From positions 1 through 64,000 of the forward strand of contig JBPCLO010000048.1 of NCBI GenBank assembly GCA_051003155.1: 64,000 nt of DNA, read 5' to 3'. The DNA comes from Fimbriimonadales bacterium. GTDB lineage: Bacteria; Armatimonadota; Fimbriimonadia; Fimbriimonadales; ATM1. A program made the position numbers and the translations under genes. Positions 29,727-41,868 of the stretch are shown here, in pieces. Each line of letters begins with the position of its first letter. The first letter of the stretch is position 1. A model generated the notes under the pieces. The model was not told the origin of the DNA, searched no databases, and was given only the letters and a program-made list of their open reading frames with translations.

Positions 29727-30404
29727 CTACTTAACCCGCTCCATCGATAACGTAATCGTCTTGATCTCGAAAGCGCTGGCCCCGAAGTCGCACTTGAGAT
29801 CGATCTTGTTGGGCTTCGACGTCGCGGTGTCGACAAGCGACGTCGCCGTCATTTTGAATGTCGCGTTATCGAACTCCTCGGATGTGACCTCGCACTGCGA
29901 CACTATCTTTGCGACGCCGTCCTTCAAGCTCTCCAGCTTGATCGTCCCCTTCACCGTCGGCTTACCGTCTTTGGCTTCGACGTCGACCTTGATTTCTTCG
30001 CCGACCTTCATCACCTTATCCGTAAAGCCGGAGGCGGCCATCAGTAAACTGATTCCCGATAACGGCCCGTGTTCATCGCTTGAGAGGGGCATCAGGATGC
30101 CACGCTTGTCCACTCGAAGGATGATGTCCTCGAACCCTTCGATGTGCTCTTCGCCGCCCATCATCAGCTTCTCGTCGGCAGCACTGACCTCGACATCGGC
30201 ATCGCCGTTGTCATGAACCTTCAGAATCTTCTGGATCACGGTCATCGATGCATCGCCCTGACCTTGTTCCATTTCGAGCTTCGCAACTACTTTGTACGAA
30301 TCTTTCTCGTCGACCTTATACTTACGGTCGATTGTGAAGGTTTCCTGGGCGGCAAATAATGCGACAAAGAGCGCTATCGGTGCGATTGAGATAATTCCTT
30401 TCAT
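29727..30404 (-). CDS. Hypothetical secreted protein (paralogue of 30401-31117)
   Basis: Signal peptide; IDRKYKVDEKDSYK, LVDTATSK; beta-rich. Confidence 0.8.
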   Translation of the reverse strand: MKGIISIAPIALFVALFAAQETFTIDRKYKVDEKDSYKVVAKLEMEQGQGDASMTVIQKILKVHDNGDADVEVSAADEKLMMGGEEHIEGFEDIILRVDKRGILMPLSSDEHGPLSGISLLMAASGFTDKVMKVGEEIKVDVEAKDGKPTVKGTIKLESLKDGVAKIVSQCEVTSEEFDNATFKMTATSLVDTATSKPNKIDLKCDFGASAFEIKTITLSMERVK

Positions 30405-31117
30405 TTCTTGTCCCTCACTTTGGAAACGTCGAACTTGACGTTGACTTTGCCGAGTTCCTCACCTTCCGTGGCTACGGTACCCTCCGCCTTGACGAGTTTC
30501 CCCGTCTCCGTGTTGAAATAAGCGATGTAATTGAAGGAGCCTGCAACGTCGTCCTTGGGGGTCCCCTTCATCGAAACCTTCACCTTGGCCACGTGCTCTT
30601 CGTAGAGCATGCCCGTCGCGATCAGCGTCCATTCGCCCTCGAACTTCGAGTCTGCAGACGAGGACCACGTTAACGGGAAGGGCTTGCCGATCTCGGCTTC
30701 CTTGCCAGGCAGCATGAACGTAGCCAAAACAAAACCGAGCGGGTCTTCCTCGTCGTTGAGGTCAAAAGCCTTGGCAAGGCCCATTACGTTGTGTTCAGCG
30801 GTCAAGGGTTTTGGAAGCTCATCGGCGTCCTGTGCCTCGTCACCGAAGCTCATCTTGACCGCTCTGTATTCGGTCTCGACCTTTGCCTCACCCTCGGCCG
30901 CGAGCTCTTTCGTGGTCCGAACGAACTCGCCTTCGACCCGCATCTCCGAAGGCATGTCGTCGCTCTTCATCGTGAACCAGGCTTTGTAGGCCTGCGACTC
31001 GCCTGCCTTGTAGGTGCGCGAGAGCTTCACCTTTAACGGCTCAAGAGCTGCCACCTGGGTCGGCGCAGGCTGTTGACCTTGTACCGTGAGCATAGCGAGA
31101 GCGACAAGGGAAATCAT
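30401..31117 (-). CDS. Hypothetical secreted protein
   Basis: Signal peptide; LSRTYKAGESQAYK, YFNTETGKLV; start overlaps the rpsS stop. Confidence 0.8.
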   Translation of the reverse strand: MISLVALAMLTVQGQQPAPTQVAALEPLKVKLSRTYKAGESQAYKAWFTMKSDDMPSEMRVEGEFVRTTKELAAEGEAKVETEYRAVKMSFGDEAQDADELPKPLTAEHNVMGLAKAFDLNDEEDPLGFVLATFMLPGKEAEIGKPFPLTWSSSADSKFEGEWTLIATGMLYEEHVAKVKVSMKGTPKDDVAGSFNYIAYFNTETGKLVKAEGTVATEGEELGKVNVKFDVSKVRDKK

Positions 31118-31404
31118 CAGCGGACTCGCGTGCTCCTATCGACCTGTCCGCCGGCGTGCCCGCGGAATGTCCGAGTTGGCGCGAATTCGCCGAGCTTGTG
31201 GCCGACCATGTTCTCGGTCACGTATACCGGGATGTGCTTCCGGCCGTCGTGAACGGCGAAAGTATGGCCGATCATCTCCGGAACGATCGTGCTCCGCCGA
31301 GACCAGGTCTTCACTATATTCTTCTGTCCGGTGGCGTTCATGGCGTCAACCTTCTTGATCAGGTGGTCGTCGATAAACGGTCCTTTCTTGATGCTTCGAG
31401 CCAT
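31117..31404 (-). CDS. rpsS: 30S ribosomal protein S19
   Basis: [28 protein letters not shown]. Confidence 0.98.
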   Translation of the reverse strand: MARSIKKGPFIDDHLIKKVDAMNATGQKNIVKTWSRRSTIVPEMIGHTFAVHDGRKHIPVYVTENMVGHKLGEFAPTRTFRGHAGGQVDRSTRVR

Positions 31405-32237
31405 TACTTGCTTCCTCTTCGTCGGACGATGAACTTGTCGGACTTCTTGTTGCGACGGGTTTTCGTTCCTAGCGCCTTGTTGCCCCAGCGGTCGACGGGG
31501 CCCTTCTTGCGCCCGATCGGTGACTTCGCCTCCCCGCCGCCGTGCGGGTGGTCGCGCGGGGTCATGGCGACCCCTCGAACGTGCGGCCTCTTGCCGAGCC
31601 CGCGGTTTTTGCCTGCTTTGCCGATCGATTCATTCTCATGCTCGGCGTTGCCGACTTCACCGATGGTCGCCTTGCACTCGGCGAAGATTCGTCGCATCTC
31701 GCCGCTCGGGAGGCGCACCGTGACGTAGCTACCTTCCTTCGCCATGAGCTGGGCGAACATGCCGGCGGAGCGAACCATCTGGCCACCACGTCCCGGCTGC
31801 ATTTCGATGTTGTGAATCCTCGTACCGAGGGGGATGTTCACCAGCGGCAAGCAGTTGCCCGGGCGAATGTCCGCTTCCGGGCCGCTCATTATCATATCGC
31901 CGACGTTCAAGCCGTTCGCCGCGATGATGTACCGCTTCTCGCCGTCCACGTAGTAGAGTAGCGCGATGCGGCTCGTCCGGTTCGGATCGTATTCGATGTG
32001 CGCGACCTTGGCTGCGACGCCCACCTTATTGCGTTTGAAATCGATCTCTCTGTAGCGACGCTTGTTTCCTCCTCCGCGCCAATGGGCCGTCGTTCGACCG
32101 GTATTGTTGCGGCCGCCGGACTTGCTCAGCTTCTTGACGAGCGACTTTTCGGGCTTTGTCCTTGTGACTTCGCTGTAATCCGAGGTCGCGGAGAACCTAC
32201 GTCCGGGTGATGTGGGCTTATGTTTCTTGACTGGCAT
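31404..32237 (-). CDS. rplB: 50S ribosomal protein L2
   Basis: [22 protein letters not shown]. Confidence 0.98.
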   Translation of the reverse strand: MPVKKHKPTSPGRRFSATSDYSEVTRTKPEKSLVKKLSKSGGRNNTGRTTAHWRGGGNKRRYREIDFKRNKVGVAAKVAHIEYDPNRTSRIALLYYVDGEKRYIIAANGLNVGDMIMSGPEADIRPGNCLPLVNIPLGTRIHNIEMQPGRGGQMVRSAGMFAQLMAKEGSYVTVRLPSGEMRRIFAECKATIGEVGNAEHENESIGKAGKNRGLGKRPHVRGVAMTPRDHPHGGGEAKSPIGRKKGPVDRWGNKALGTKTRRNKKSDKFIVRRRGSK

Positions 32238-32238
32238 G

Positions 32239-32556
32239 TTAAGCTCCGATGTCCTCGAGGATTTGGCCTTCGGCGAGCGTGATGATCGCCTTCTTTCGGT
32301 CCGCGCGGCGTCCCGTCGTGCGGAAGCCCGAACGCGCGGCTTTGCCGTGGACGGTGATCATGTTCACCTTATCGACTTTAATGCGGTCCTTTTCCTTCTT
32401 CTTGCCTCGGTTGTAAATCTCTTCGATCGCCTGAGCGACCTCGATGCGGTTGGCCTCGGCCGAGACGAAGAAGACGTACTTCCCGTCCTGCTTAAGAATC
32501 TCGCTCTTTTCGGTGAGAGCGGGCCTCAAAATGATCTGCTCGGCCGCGAGTTTCAA
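32239..32556 (-). CDS. rplW: 50S ribosomal protein L23
   Basis: IILRP.LTEKS, KKAIITL..GQ. Confidence 0.96.
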   Translation of the reverse strand: MKLAAEQIILRPALTEKSEILKQDGKYVFFVSAEANRIEVAQAIEEIYNRGKKKEKDRIKVDKVNMITVHGKAARSGFRTTGRRADRKKAIITLAEGQILEDIGA

Positions 32557-33209
32557 GCCCAGACCTCCTCGATGGCGCGCAGGGCGTCCTTTGAAACCAC
32601 GATCTTATGGGCGATCAAGAGGTCGCGCGTGCTGAACGCTTGCGTCTTAACAGCATCAGCGCCGGCTTTGACTGAAGCCGGCGCGGTTCTAACTTCTATT
32701 TTCATGTCGTTCCCGTTGCGCATATTTCGGAAGCTCTTGTACGTGGCTTCGTCGTACTGCGAGAGGATGACAAGGAGGCGCTTTGCCTCCGCTCCCGCCG
32801 CCTTCAACAGTGCGGCGGCGTCCTTGGTTTTGGGGGCGGCTATCTGGATCGAATCCACAACGATCACGTCGCCCGCCTGGACTCTGGTTGCGAAAGCTGC
32901 CTTCGTAGCGAGGCGTCGTTCTTTCTTGTTGACCTTCTGTTCATAGCTGCGTGGCTTCACGGCGTGGGCCATGCCGCCGTGAGCATAGTGCGGAGCGCGG
33001 ATCGAACCTTGGCGGGCTCGTCCCGTCTTCTTCTGCTTGTATGGCTTGCGTCCACCTCCGCGAGCTTCGCCGCGGGTCCTGACGCTTTGCGTCCCCTGCC
33101 GCTTGTTGGCTTGCTCGGCCAAGACGACGCGGTGCAGCGTCGAGTTCTTGACTTCCTCGACGTTCAGCTTCTCTATCAGCTCGTTAACCGATGTGTCTTT
33201 CTTAGCCAT
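32553..33209 (-). CDS. rplD: 50S ribosomal protein L4
   Basis: [32 protein letters not shown]. Confidence 0.97.
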   Translation of the reverse strand: MAKKDTSVNELIEKLNVEEVKNSTLHRVVLAEQANKRQGTQSVRTRGEARGGGRKPYKQKKTGRARQGSIRAPHYAHGGMAHAVKPRSYEQKVNKKERRLATKAAFATRVQAGDVIVVDSIQIAAPKTKDAAALLKAAGAEAKRLLVILSQYDEATYKSFRNMRNGNDMKIEVRTAPASVKAGADAVKTQAFSTRDLLIAHKIVVSKDALRAIEEVWA

Positions 33210-33831
33210 TCTTGTAACCTGCCTTCAAAACCTTCACCAGACAGCCGTTCGGGCCGGGAACGCTTCCGCTCACAAGGAGCAGGTTGCGCTCGGCGTCCAC
33301 CTGAACGACTTTCAGACCACCCTGGGTCACTTGCTCGTGCCCCATATGGCCGGGGCCCTTCTTGCCCTTGAACACCCTCGCGGGGCCCGTGGCGCCGTTC
33401 GAGAGCGGCCGGCGGTGCGTCATGTAGCCGTGCGAAGCGTGCTGGCCATGGAAGTGGTGCCGCTTCATAACGCCTGCAAATCCCTTACCCTTGGAGATGC
33501 CCTCGACGCGGACCTTCTCGCCTGCCTCGAAAATGTCCACCCCGACGATCTGTCCAGGCTCGACGGCGATTTCCTTCGAGCGAAACTCTCGAAGGACTTT
33601 CAACGGTCCGGCGCCCGCCTTCTTCAGGTGGCCCGCCATCGGGAAAGTGACCTTGCGTACCTTCTGCTCTTCGTAGCCGACCTGGACTGCGGCGTAGCCG
33701 TCGGTCTCCTCGGTCTTGACCTGAGTAACGACGACGGGGCCCGCTTCGATGACGGTTACGGGGACCATCTTGCCCTGTTCGTTGAACAGGTGCGTCATTC
33801 CAATTTTTCTACCCAGTATTCCTGGAAGCAT
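33202..33831 (-). CDS. rplC: 50S ribosomal protein L3
   Basis: [31 protein letters not shown]; start MLPG chosen from AGGAG spacing. Confidence 0.98.
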   Translation of the reverse strand: MLPGILGRKIGMTHLFNEQGKMVPVTVIEAGPVVVTQVKTEETDGYAAVQVGYEEQKVRKVTFPMAGHLKKAGAGPLKVLREFRSKEIAVEPGQIVGVDIFEAGEKVRVEGISKGKGFAGVMKRHHFHGQHASHGYMTHRRPLSNGATGPARVFKGKKGPGHMGHEQVTQGGLKVVQVDAERNLLLVSGSVPGPNGCLVKVLKAGYKNG

Positions 33832-33976
33832 TAAGTCCATTCTCCTTAGCCTCGTCCGCGCTCGGTTCACTCTTCGCGTTGCCCCTGTGACTTAGGGTCG
33901 CTCGAACCGCCGCTGTGAAGCCTTCATTCAGACTGCCGGCCGGCGTCGTTGCGCCGGTCGGCAGCTAGCGGGCTTC

Positions 33977-34010
33977 AAAAGAAAACCCTACCGACACACG
34001 TCGGGAGGGT
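33977..34010 (-). terminator. Intrinsic-terminator-like hairpin inside the rplC 5' leader
   Basis: ACCCTCCCGAC-GTGT-GTCGGTAGGGT followed by TTTCTTTT on the minus strand. Confidence 0.6.
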
Positions 34011-34143
34011 CCTCATAGGCCGCGTCGAATTTCTTGGACGCCATCGCTTAGAATCCGCAGGTTCCCGTTAGATCAAGGAGCCTCCCTCCGACGATTAGTC
34101 AATTTTTATTAGGACACGGCCCAGTGGGCCTTGCCAGCGTAAT

Positions 34144-34173
34144 ATTGTATCAGAGAACGGTCGGCATTGTCAA
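34144..34173 (-). promoter_or_regulatory. Sigma70 promoter for the rplC operon
   Basis: TTGACA-18 nt-TACAAT with extended -10 TG. Confidence 0.8.
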
Positions 34174-34413
34174 GCTCAATACCTAGGACAGGCGCCGGCA
34201 GACTGATGGCTAAAACGGCGTGGACGGCACTTGGGCGTTGGCGAAGGCTCTGCTACTGCGAAGTGGCGTGCTGCCCTCTCGCGCCGTTCCCTGGATATCA
34301 GGCACGCTCAGACGGCAGATGGATACCCTCCACAGCAAGCAGTAGGCGGATAGAACAGCGCGTCTGAAACTGAAAAAGCGTTACCTAACATGCTGCCCAG
34401 GTGCATCTGCGAG

Positions 34414-35313
34414 CTATGGACCATAGAGTCCGGGCAGAGCCAGTTCGCGGCGAACACCCGGTGCAACGTTGCCGGCCCTGTAGCGAGGCGAAAGGCCTGT
34501 GGCTGCCATGTAGGTATCGAGAGACAGGACGAAAAGACGCTTCGACGCCCGGTCCCTCCTACTCATCGCAAGGGTCGCCAGTTCGTGCGCCAGGAGAAGT
34601 GCCTTCGGCTCCCGCGAGCGAAGGAGAATTGCAGATGCGTTTCGGTAGTCGGACGCAGTGTTTAACTCTCCCGAGGCGACGATCCGGAGCGCTCTCTCGA
34701 CCTCCCGTTTTGGCGATGACGAGAGGAGCTTGCGCAACCCATCCGAGTCCTTCCAAACCCTTTTGTCCAAACGTCGTGTCAGATATTTGATGCGCACGTC
34801 GAGGTTCTTCATGACAGCGTCGAACCCGCCTTCCTGCACCTCCTTGAGCGTAGGAAGCAGGAAGTCTTGCCGCATTTGGTCGGTCACAACCGGCCCCTGG
34901 GTATCTGGCGGCTTTAGTTTGCCCTCCCCGTCGAACTGCGATCCCCATCTCTGGAGCCTGCCGAGCGACGCCAACCACCGGTCCTCTGTTAAGGCGGGCA
35001 GGTTGCCAAAGGACCCTTTGAATGCGGCAATGGCGGATAGCTCGTGCGCCAAGAGGTAATCCTCGGGCTTATCGCCGTGCTGGAAGATAAGCGCGGCCGC
35101 GTCGAAATCCTCGGCGGTTCGGACTTCGTCGGCAAGGAGCAACTCACGCACCCGATTACGCCGCGCGGCGTCCCTGGTCGAAATCTTCTCCCACTCGGCC
35201 CGCGTGGGCGGGGTTGTGAAGTGGCGCTCCGTCTGGTCCGCCTTCCTCAGCGCAGCAAGCTCAGCCGACGGATCGGCGCTCATGGACAAGGCCGCGATCG
35301 CTGCGAGAAGCAT
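34414..35313 (-). CDS. Hypothetical secreted protein with an internally duplicated helical domain
   Basis: Signal peptide; TAEDFDAAALIFQHG..DYLLAHEL echoed by TASDYRNASAILLRS..LLLAHEL. Confidence 0.8.
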   Translation of the reverse strand: MLLAAIAALSMSADPSAELAALRKADQTERHFTTPPTRAEWEKISTRDAARRNRVRELLLADEVRTAEDFDAAALIFQHGDKPEDYLLAHELSAIAAFKGSFGNLPALTEDRWLASLGRLQRWGSQFDGEGKLKPPDTQGPVVTDQMRQDFLLPTLKEVQEGGFDAVMKNLDVRIKYLTRRLDKRVWKDSDGLRKLLSSSPKREVERALRIVASGELNTASDYRNASAILLRSREPKALLLAHELATLAMSRRDRASKRLFVLSLDTYMAATGLSPRYRAGNVAPGVRRELALPGLYGP

Positions 35314-35328
35314 GCTCAGATAATACAG

Positions 35329-35358
35329 GAAGGCCCGGGCATAAAACCCCGGGCCTTC
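35329..35358. terminator. GC-rich hairpin, probable terminator
   Basis: GAAGGCCCGGG-N8-CCCGGGCCTTC 11-bp stem after the stop at 35373. Confidence 0.55.
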
Positions 35359-35372
35359 TCTCGGTTAGTACT

Positions 35373-35952
35373 CTACGTCTTCAGGCAGAAGCCTTCGAAG
35401 TCTTCGCAGTACCAACCGCCGTTGCTGCTCACGATCGTTCGATCCCAGATGCGTAGCCGGATCACGTAGCCGCACGCGCTCATCGGCGTCGTGACGAGCT
35501 TCCATGTGCCATTTTCACCGAGCGTCGGGACGATCGGGTACGCCTTGGACGCCGGATTGGGCGTGGCGCCGTTCGCGCCAGGGACGCCCTGTGGCTGAAC
35601 GTCCAGGTACAGCGACCCGAAGTGCTCGTCGGACACGGAGTAGGTTCCGTGAATCCAGTTCCCCGCCTCGAGCGTCGCGCAACCTGCGACCTCTACGTCC
35701 CCCGTTCCCCAATGGCCGATGTTGCTTACGTCGCGTATGAAGCCTTCCTCCAACAACAATGCTGCTTGGGTCTAGGTGTAGGTAGAGATCCAGGTGTCTC
35801 TTCTGCACGTCGATGCTGGCAAAGTTCCGAAATCTCTTGAATGCCAGGTAGGGCTTCGTCTGCTTTTCGGAGACATCCTCTCCCAGCCCGAGGATTAGTT
35901 CGCGTGTTCTTTCAAGCAACTCGCGCTTATCGGGGCCGAGCTCTTGAATCAC
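35373..35952 (-). pseudogene. Chimeric remnant: frameshifted DUF5655-like domain fused to an unrelated C-terminal fragment
   Basis: LGEDV.EK..K.YLAFKR.RNFA...LYLHLDP / LEEGFIRDVSNIGHWGTGDVEV (shift near 35755), then abruptly HGTYSVSDEHF...CGYVIRL.IWDRTIV. Confidence 0.6.
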
Positions 35953-36098
35953 TTCGCTAATCGGCTTATCAGTGTTTTTTGCGGGAGCCTGGGAGCTTCG
36001 AGCTGCGCTCTGCTGTTGGCCTTCCGACGACCGTATCCGTTCGAGGACGCGTGTGCCCAGGATAGGCGTTCGAGAACATTTGACGGTTGCACGACCCT

Positions 36099-36166
36099 GG
36101 GTGGCACGGTCAGGTTCGCCGCCTTGGAAGGAGTCTCAGCATCCTAGAACAGCGAATCTGTCCGTG
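36099..36166 (+). repeat. Variant REP-like element B
   Basis: GGGTGGCACGGTCAGGTTCGC...GCGAATCTGTCCGTG; same 5' 11-mer and similar length as the copies at the RAYT. Confidence 0.6.
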
Positions 36167-36256
36167 TGACGTCTTTCGGTATCCTCGTCTTCCATCGGAA
36201 AGCACAAACTTAGCAAGACCTTCAACGAGCCCGGGCACGCGCACGCGAACATTGCC

Positions 36257-36886
36257 CTACCTCCAAAAGTCGCTTTCGACAAATGAATAATCAAAAACCA
36301 GCCACAGCGAAACATCAGTGTAAATTAGCCTGCGGCCATGAGACAATCTCCATTTCGCAAATATGGAATCAGGCTCTTCGGTTGATGCTAGGCTTGGTTC
36401 TCCGAGCAAGCTCTTGAGCTTCTTCAACAATCGGCGCTCTTCCCCCTCAAAGACCTTGACACCACGTTCCGCGATAGGCAGTTTCGATTGTGGGACCAGC
36501 GTTATGGACGCCAGGTCCACCACGTCCTTTTTCGAAAAGCGAAAGACATTCGGACGATCTTCCTGTGGCACCGTGAAATAGGTACCGTTTTTCAGCCTGG
36601 TCCGAAGGTCGTGCGACGTGAAGACGAGGAACCCGTCCAGAATACCGGAGAAACGATAAAAACTCCCGACGATCTCACCTTCGGACCATTCGGGTGCTTG
36701 GTCAATGTTCTTTGTTCTCACAGCTTTCGGGATGCGCGCGGCAATCCCCGGAAACTTTTCGTTTGGCTTCAGCGAACGAAGGAAAGTCACAATCGCTGGC
36801 AATTCCTTCGCAGCAAAATACTTAAATCCCTGCTGCTCTCCACCAGAAGCAAGCGACAAAGTCATAATGGCGACCGCGATTTGCAC
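36257..36886 (-). CDS. Hypothetical secreted protein (lower GC)
   Basis: 209-aa ORF, signal-like N-terminus, TATATT 9 nt before the GTG. Confidence 0.6.
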   Translation of the reverse strand: MQIAVAIMTLSLASGGEQQGFKYFAAKELPAIVTFLRSLKPNEKFPGIAARIPKAVRTKNIDQAPEWSEGEIVGSFYRFSGILDGFLVFTSHDLRTRLKNGTYFTVPQEDRPNVFRFSKKDVVDLASITLVPQSKLPIAERGVKVFEGEERRLLKKLKSLLGEPSLASTEEPDSIFAKWRLSHGRRLIYTDVSLWLVFDYSFVESDFWR

Positions 36887-36999
36887 GATGGCGAAAATAT
36901 ACCTCTGAGCCGCGGGCTTTGGCGCAGGCGCGGGGGGTGCTCGGCCCCCGCTTGCTTAGGATGGCTCATAAATAGGCTTCATCTAGCACCCTCGTCGAA

Positions 37000-37332
37000 T
37001 CGTCGCCGTCCTTAGGGGCGACCCGACCAAGGAGGGTCTTCACGATTAGAATGAGAATGCCCGGCGGCTACACGGTGAAGCCGAACTGGCATTCCACCGA
37101 GGAGCATGTCACCGTTCTCGAAGGCTCGCTGATGATGGCCCTCAGCGCCAAGCTCGACAAATCGATGGCGCAGACCCTGATGGTCGGGGGATACGCTGTG
37201 ATGCCCGTGAAGACGAACCACTTCGCCATTGCGGGCGAAACAGGAGCGACTATTCAGCTTAGCGCAATGGGTCCCTTCGACATCAACTACGTAAACCCTG
37301 CCGACGACCCAAGAAAGGGCGGCACGCGCTAG
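37000..37332 (+). pseudogene. Cupin (DUF4437-like) remnant, 5'-truncated
   Basis: Frameshifted AVL/GDPTKEG/FTIR then P.WH..EEHVTVLEG...NHFA...GPFDINYVNPADDPR. Confidence 0.7.
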
Positions 37333-37854
37333 TTACGGCCGGACCCCCAAAAGCCCGCGCTAAGGGGTGTTTTGGGGGTTCACAATCCCGAGCCGCACCC
37401 ACGTAATTTCTGCGAGTTTCCCAACCCATGTTGTGCTACACCTAGTTGCTATCCCCGCTTGGCAACATTTCAACCAATCGTACGACGGTCGGGCGGCCCG
37501 GTCAGGTTCGCACGTCGATAGTCATAGTCGACTACCTGCACAGCGAAGCTGTCGGGGTGACGGGTTGCCAGTCGCGGAGAGCTGCGCGATTGCAGGTCCC
37601 TAATGCTGGACGCTCGGACAAACAAGATGCTACCCCTGGGTGAATACGCGGTTGACATCTGCTCGCCGAGGTTCCGAAAGAATTGAGGGCGAAGCTGCGC
37701 CCGACACCCGGAGGTCCATTCATCGTTAATCTTGCGTCCGCCTGTTTTTGAATCTACCGGCCCTAAAGAGCATGACCATAATAAACAACGATGAATCGGC
37801 GTCACCCTGCGCCGCGAAACGTCGACCAATAGGGGGAAACGGATTCAGAAAACG

Positions 37855-37900
37855 GCGTCATCACGTCACATTCCCTGACTCACAGGTGTCGTGATGACGC
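37855..37900 (+). repeat. Palindromic element C, copy 1
   Basis: GCGTCATCACGTCACA-N14-GGTGTCGTGATGACGC; inverted copy at 48226-48271. Confidence 0.75.
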
Positions 37901-37951
37901 GAATGTACGGATCGAAGTTTGAATGAGGTTCCCCCATCCATCGGGATGCCG

Positions 37952-37990
37952 AAAAGGAAAAGACCCCGGGATGAACTAGCCTCGGGGTAC
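37952..37990 (-). terminator. Intrinsic terminator after rpsJ
   Basis: ACCCCGAGG...CCCCGGGGT followed by CTTTTCCTTTT on the minus strand. Confidence 0.75.
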
Positions 37991-38012
37991 TTCACAATAC
38001 AACCGATTGAAG

Positions 38013-38320
38013 TTAGAGCTTGATCTCTATGTCCACTCCGCTGGGGAGGTCGAGACGCATGAGGGCATCGATGGTCTTGTTCGTCGGCTCGAGGATGTCG
38101 ATCAGCCGATTGTGCGTCCGAATCTCGAACTGTTCCATGGACTCCTTGTCGATATGGGGCCCGCGGATCAGCGAGAACTTGCGGATATGGGTAGGCAGCG
38201 GAATTGGGCCCGCAAGGCGGGCGCCCGTGCGCTTCGCAGTGTCCGCAATTCTCTCCGCACTCTGGTCGAGAGCGCGGTGATCGTACGCTTTCAGCTTGAT
38301 TCTAACTTTTTCGGTACGCA

Positions 38321-38321
<1 letters not shown>
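38013..38321 (-). CDS. rpsJ: 30S ribosomal protein S10
   Basis: [36 protein letters not shown] overlaps the tuf TAG. Confidence 0.98.
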
Positions 38322-39523
<1,202 letters not shown>

Positions 39524-39702
39524 CGATACCTCTTGGTGAATAGGTTTGCGCCCGCACATAGCTTGGGCGCGACTTGCAATTCTGACACAAACGAAGCCGC
39601 GAGGTCAATGGTAACCCGTTCCCGAGAGCAGATGCCTATCCCTCCACAGTTCCGATGGTTCGCCGACTGCTTGTCGCCGAGTCGACGGGTCACCGGGCGT
39701 TC

Positions 39703-41522
39703 CTACTGCTCAACGAACCAGACGGCTTGGTCTATCTTCGAGCCCCAATTCGGCATCATCACATCAACGGCGAACCAGGACAAACGTGATCGCATCCTAA
39801 GCGTTCCGGGTTGTATGAACCGATCAGGATCAGTTGTGATCTCGACATCCTCCACGGTTTCCATGTTTGAAGGCTGCCGCACAAACACTTCCCAACTCCG
39901 CGTAACGAAGTTGTACAATTCGATCTTGTACGTCACCCGCGATAGGGGAAAACCCGTCGTGAGAGCTTCGGCCCTAAAGGTCAACTTGCTAACCGAGGAT
40001 ACAGTTGCATTGCCCTCCACCATGACCGCCGTGCCGTTCAGGCCCGGCTTGGTCCTTGCGACCACCGGACGCGCCTGAATTTCCAAACGCTCGTTGTCAC
40101 TTGTGTAGAGATCTGACAGCTCTCCCGCAATCAGAATCCCTCTCTGAATGGTGAACGCGTCGGGTAGAACTAGTCTTCGCCGGATCGTGGAGGGTGCGTA
40201 TTTCACCGTAGCGTAGTCGAAACCGCTTCCTGTGCCCGCGGAATAGCCCGTCACGTAAACGTTGCCCGAGACGTCTAGCGCCAAGGCAGTTGCTAAATCG
40301 TAGCCGTTCGCCACACCGGAGTAGCGCGTGAGCCACTGCTCGATGCCCGCAGAATCGTACTTGATGGTAGCGTAGTCAAAGCTGCTGCCTGTGCCCGAGG
40401 AAAAGCCCGTCACGTAGACGTTTCCCGAAGCATCCAGCGCCAAGGAATTGGCTACATCATAGCCGTTCATCGGCCCATTGTAACGTGCGACCCATTGCTC
40501 ATTGCCCGCAGAATCGTACTTGATGGTGCCGTAGTCCTCGGAACTCCCTATGCCCGTGGACGAGCCCGTCACGTAGATGTTGCCCGAGGTATCTACCGCC
40601 AACGCGTAGGCGTAATCGGTGTTGTGCCATGGCCCATCGTATCGTGTGACCCACTGCTCGTTGCCTGCGGAATCGTACTTGATTGTGGCGTAGTCAAAAT
40701 TGCCGGCGCCGTAGGACTCTCCCGTCACATAGACGTTGCCCGAGGTATCTACCGCCAACGCGTTGGCGTAATCGGAATCGCTCCCTCCATGGTAGCGTGC
40801 GACCCACTGTTCGTTGCCCGCGGGGTCATACTTGACCGTGGCGTAGTCAAGGTTGTTAGTAAGGTTGCGACCGTTCCCGTCACATAGACGTTGCCCGAGG
40901 CATCTACCGCCAACGCTACGGCCCGTTCCCCCAAGACCGACTCCTCAGGCCCACGTGCGACCCACTGCTCCTTACCCGAGGAGTCATACTTGATTGTGGC
41001 GTAGTCACTGCCGATTGAGCCGTGGGACTCTCCTGTCACGTAGACGTTGCCCGAAGGGTCTACTGCCACGGCGTACGCCTTATCAACCCAAGAGCCCCCA
41101 TGGTACCTTGCTACCCATTGCTCGTTGCCTTCGGAATCATATTTGATGGTAGCGTAGTCCTCGCGGTTCGAGCCGTTCCAGGAGTAGCCCGTCACGTAAA
41201 CGTTGCCCGAGCCATCTGTCGCCAAGGCGGTCGCGAAATCGTCGCCGTTCGCGCCGTTGTAGCGTGCGACCCACTGCTCCTTGCCCGCGGAATCGTACTT
41301 GACGGTAGCGTAGTCAAAATTGCCGGAGCCGTAGGAGTAGCCCGTCACGTAGACATTGCCCTGAGCATCTGCCGCGACATCGACCGCAGAGTCGTTACTG
41401 AAGTCCTTGCCCGGCCCGTTGTATCGAGCCACCCACTCCTGCGTCTGGGCTGCTGCGGGCATTAGTAGTCCGCCCAAAAAGCCCACGAATGCGTAAACCA
41501 AAGTGGTGCGATTGGTATTCAT
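39703..41522 (-). pseudogene. Secreted SBBP-type beta-propeller protein (8 repeats) with C-terminal domain; frameshift near 40872
   Basis: EQWVARY...A.AVD.SGNVYVTG.S...DYATIKYD repeats continue across two frames. Confidence 0.85.
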
Positions 41523-41868
41523 AATAGTTCCTCTTTCTTCTCCAACTGAGAGTCTTCTTGTTGCGTCTCGTAGCCCGCGTGCGGCGCATAGCATAAACTC
41601 AGCGGCCCGTTCCGAACGCCTTCGTCCTTGCAAACTGCGACGGTCACGCCATTCCTACGGCTTCTCTCCATCTCGTGTTCCACCCCGGGCTCGTATTCAG
41701 AGCAAGCTCGCCTAAAGGTTCGCGAGACCGGGGTTCGTGGAAGGTAAGAAGGCCGCGATTGAATATTGTAACATCCATATCCTGCCAAGCCAAAACAGCA
41801 CCTCTCACTAGCCGCGCAGCCGTCATCGGAGCGCTCTTTGTTGCGTAGAAACATTGAGGTGCAATGAA

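Noticed and set aside
37340..37850. Long non-coding stretch with a hairpin at about 37342-37380, considered as tRNA or ncRNA
   Set aside because: No cloverleaf, T-loop or recognisable family motif; cannot be supported without a covariance search
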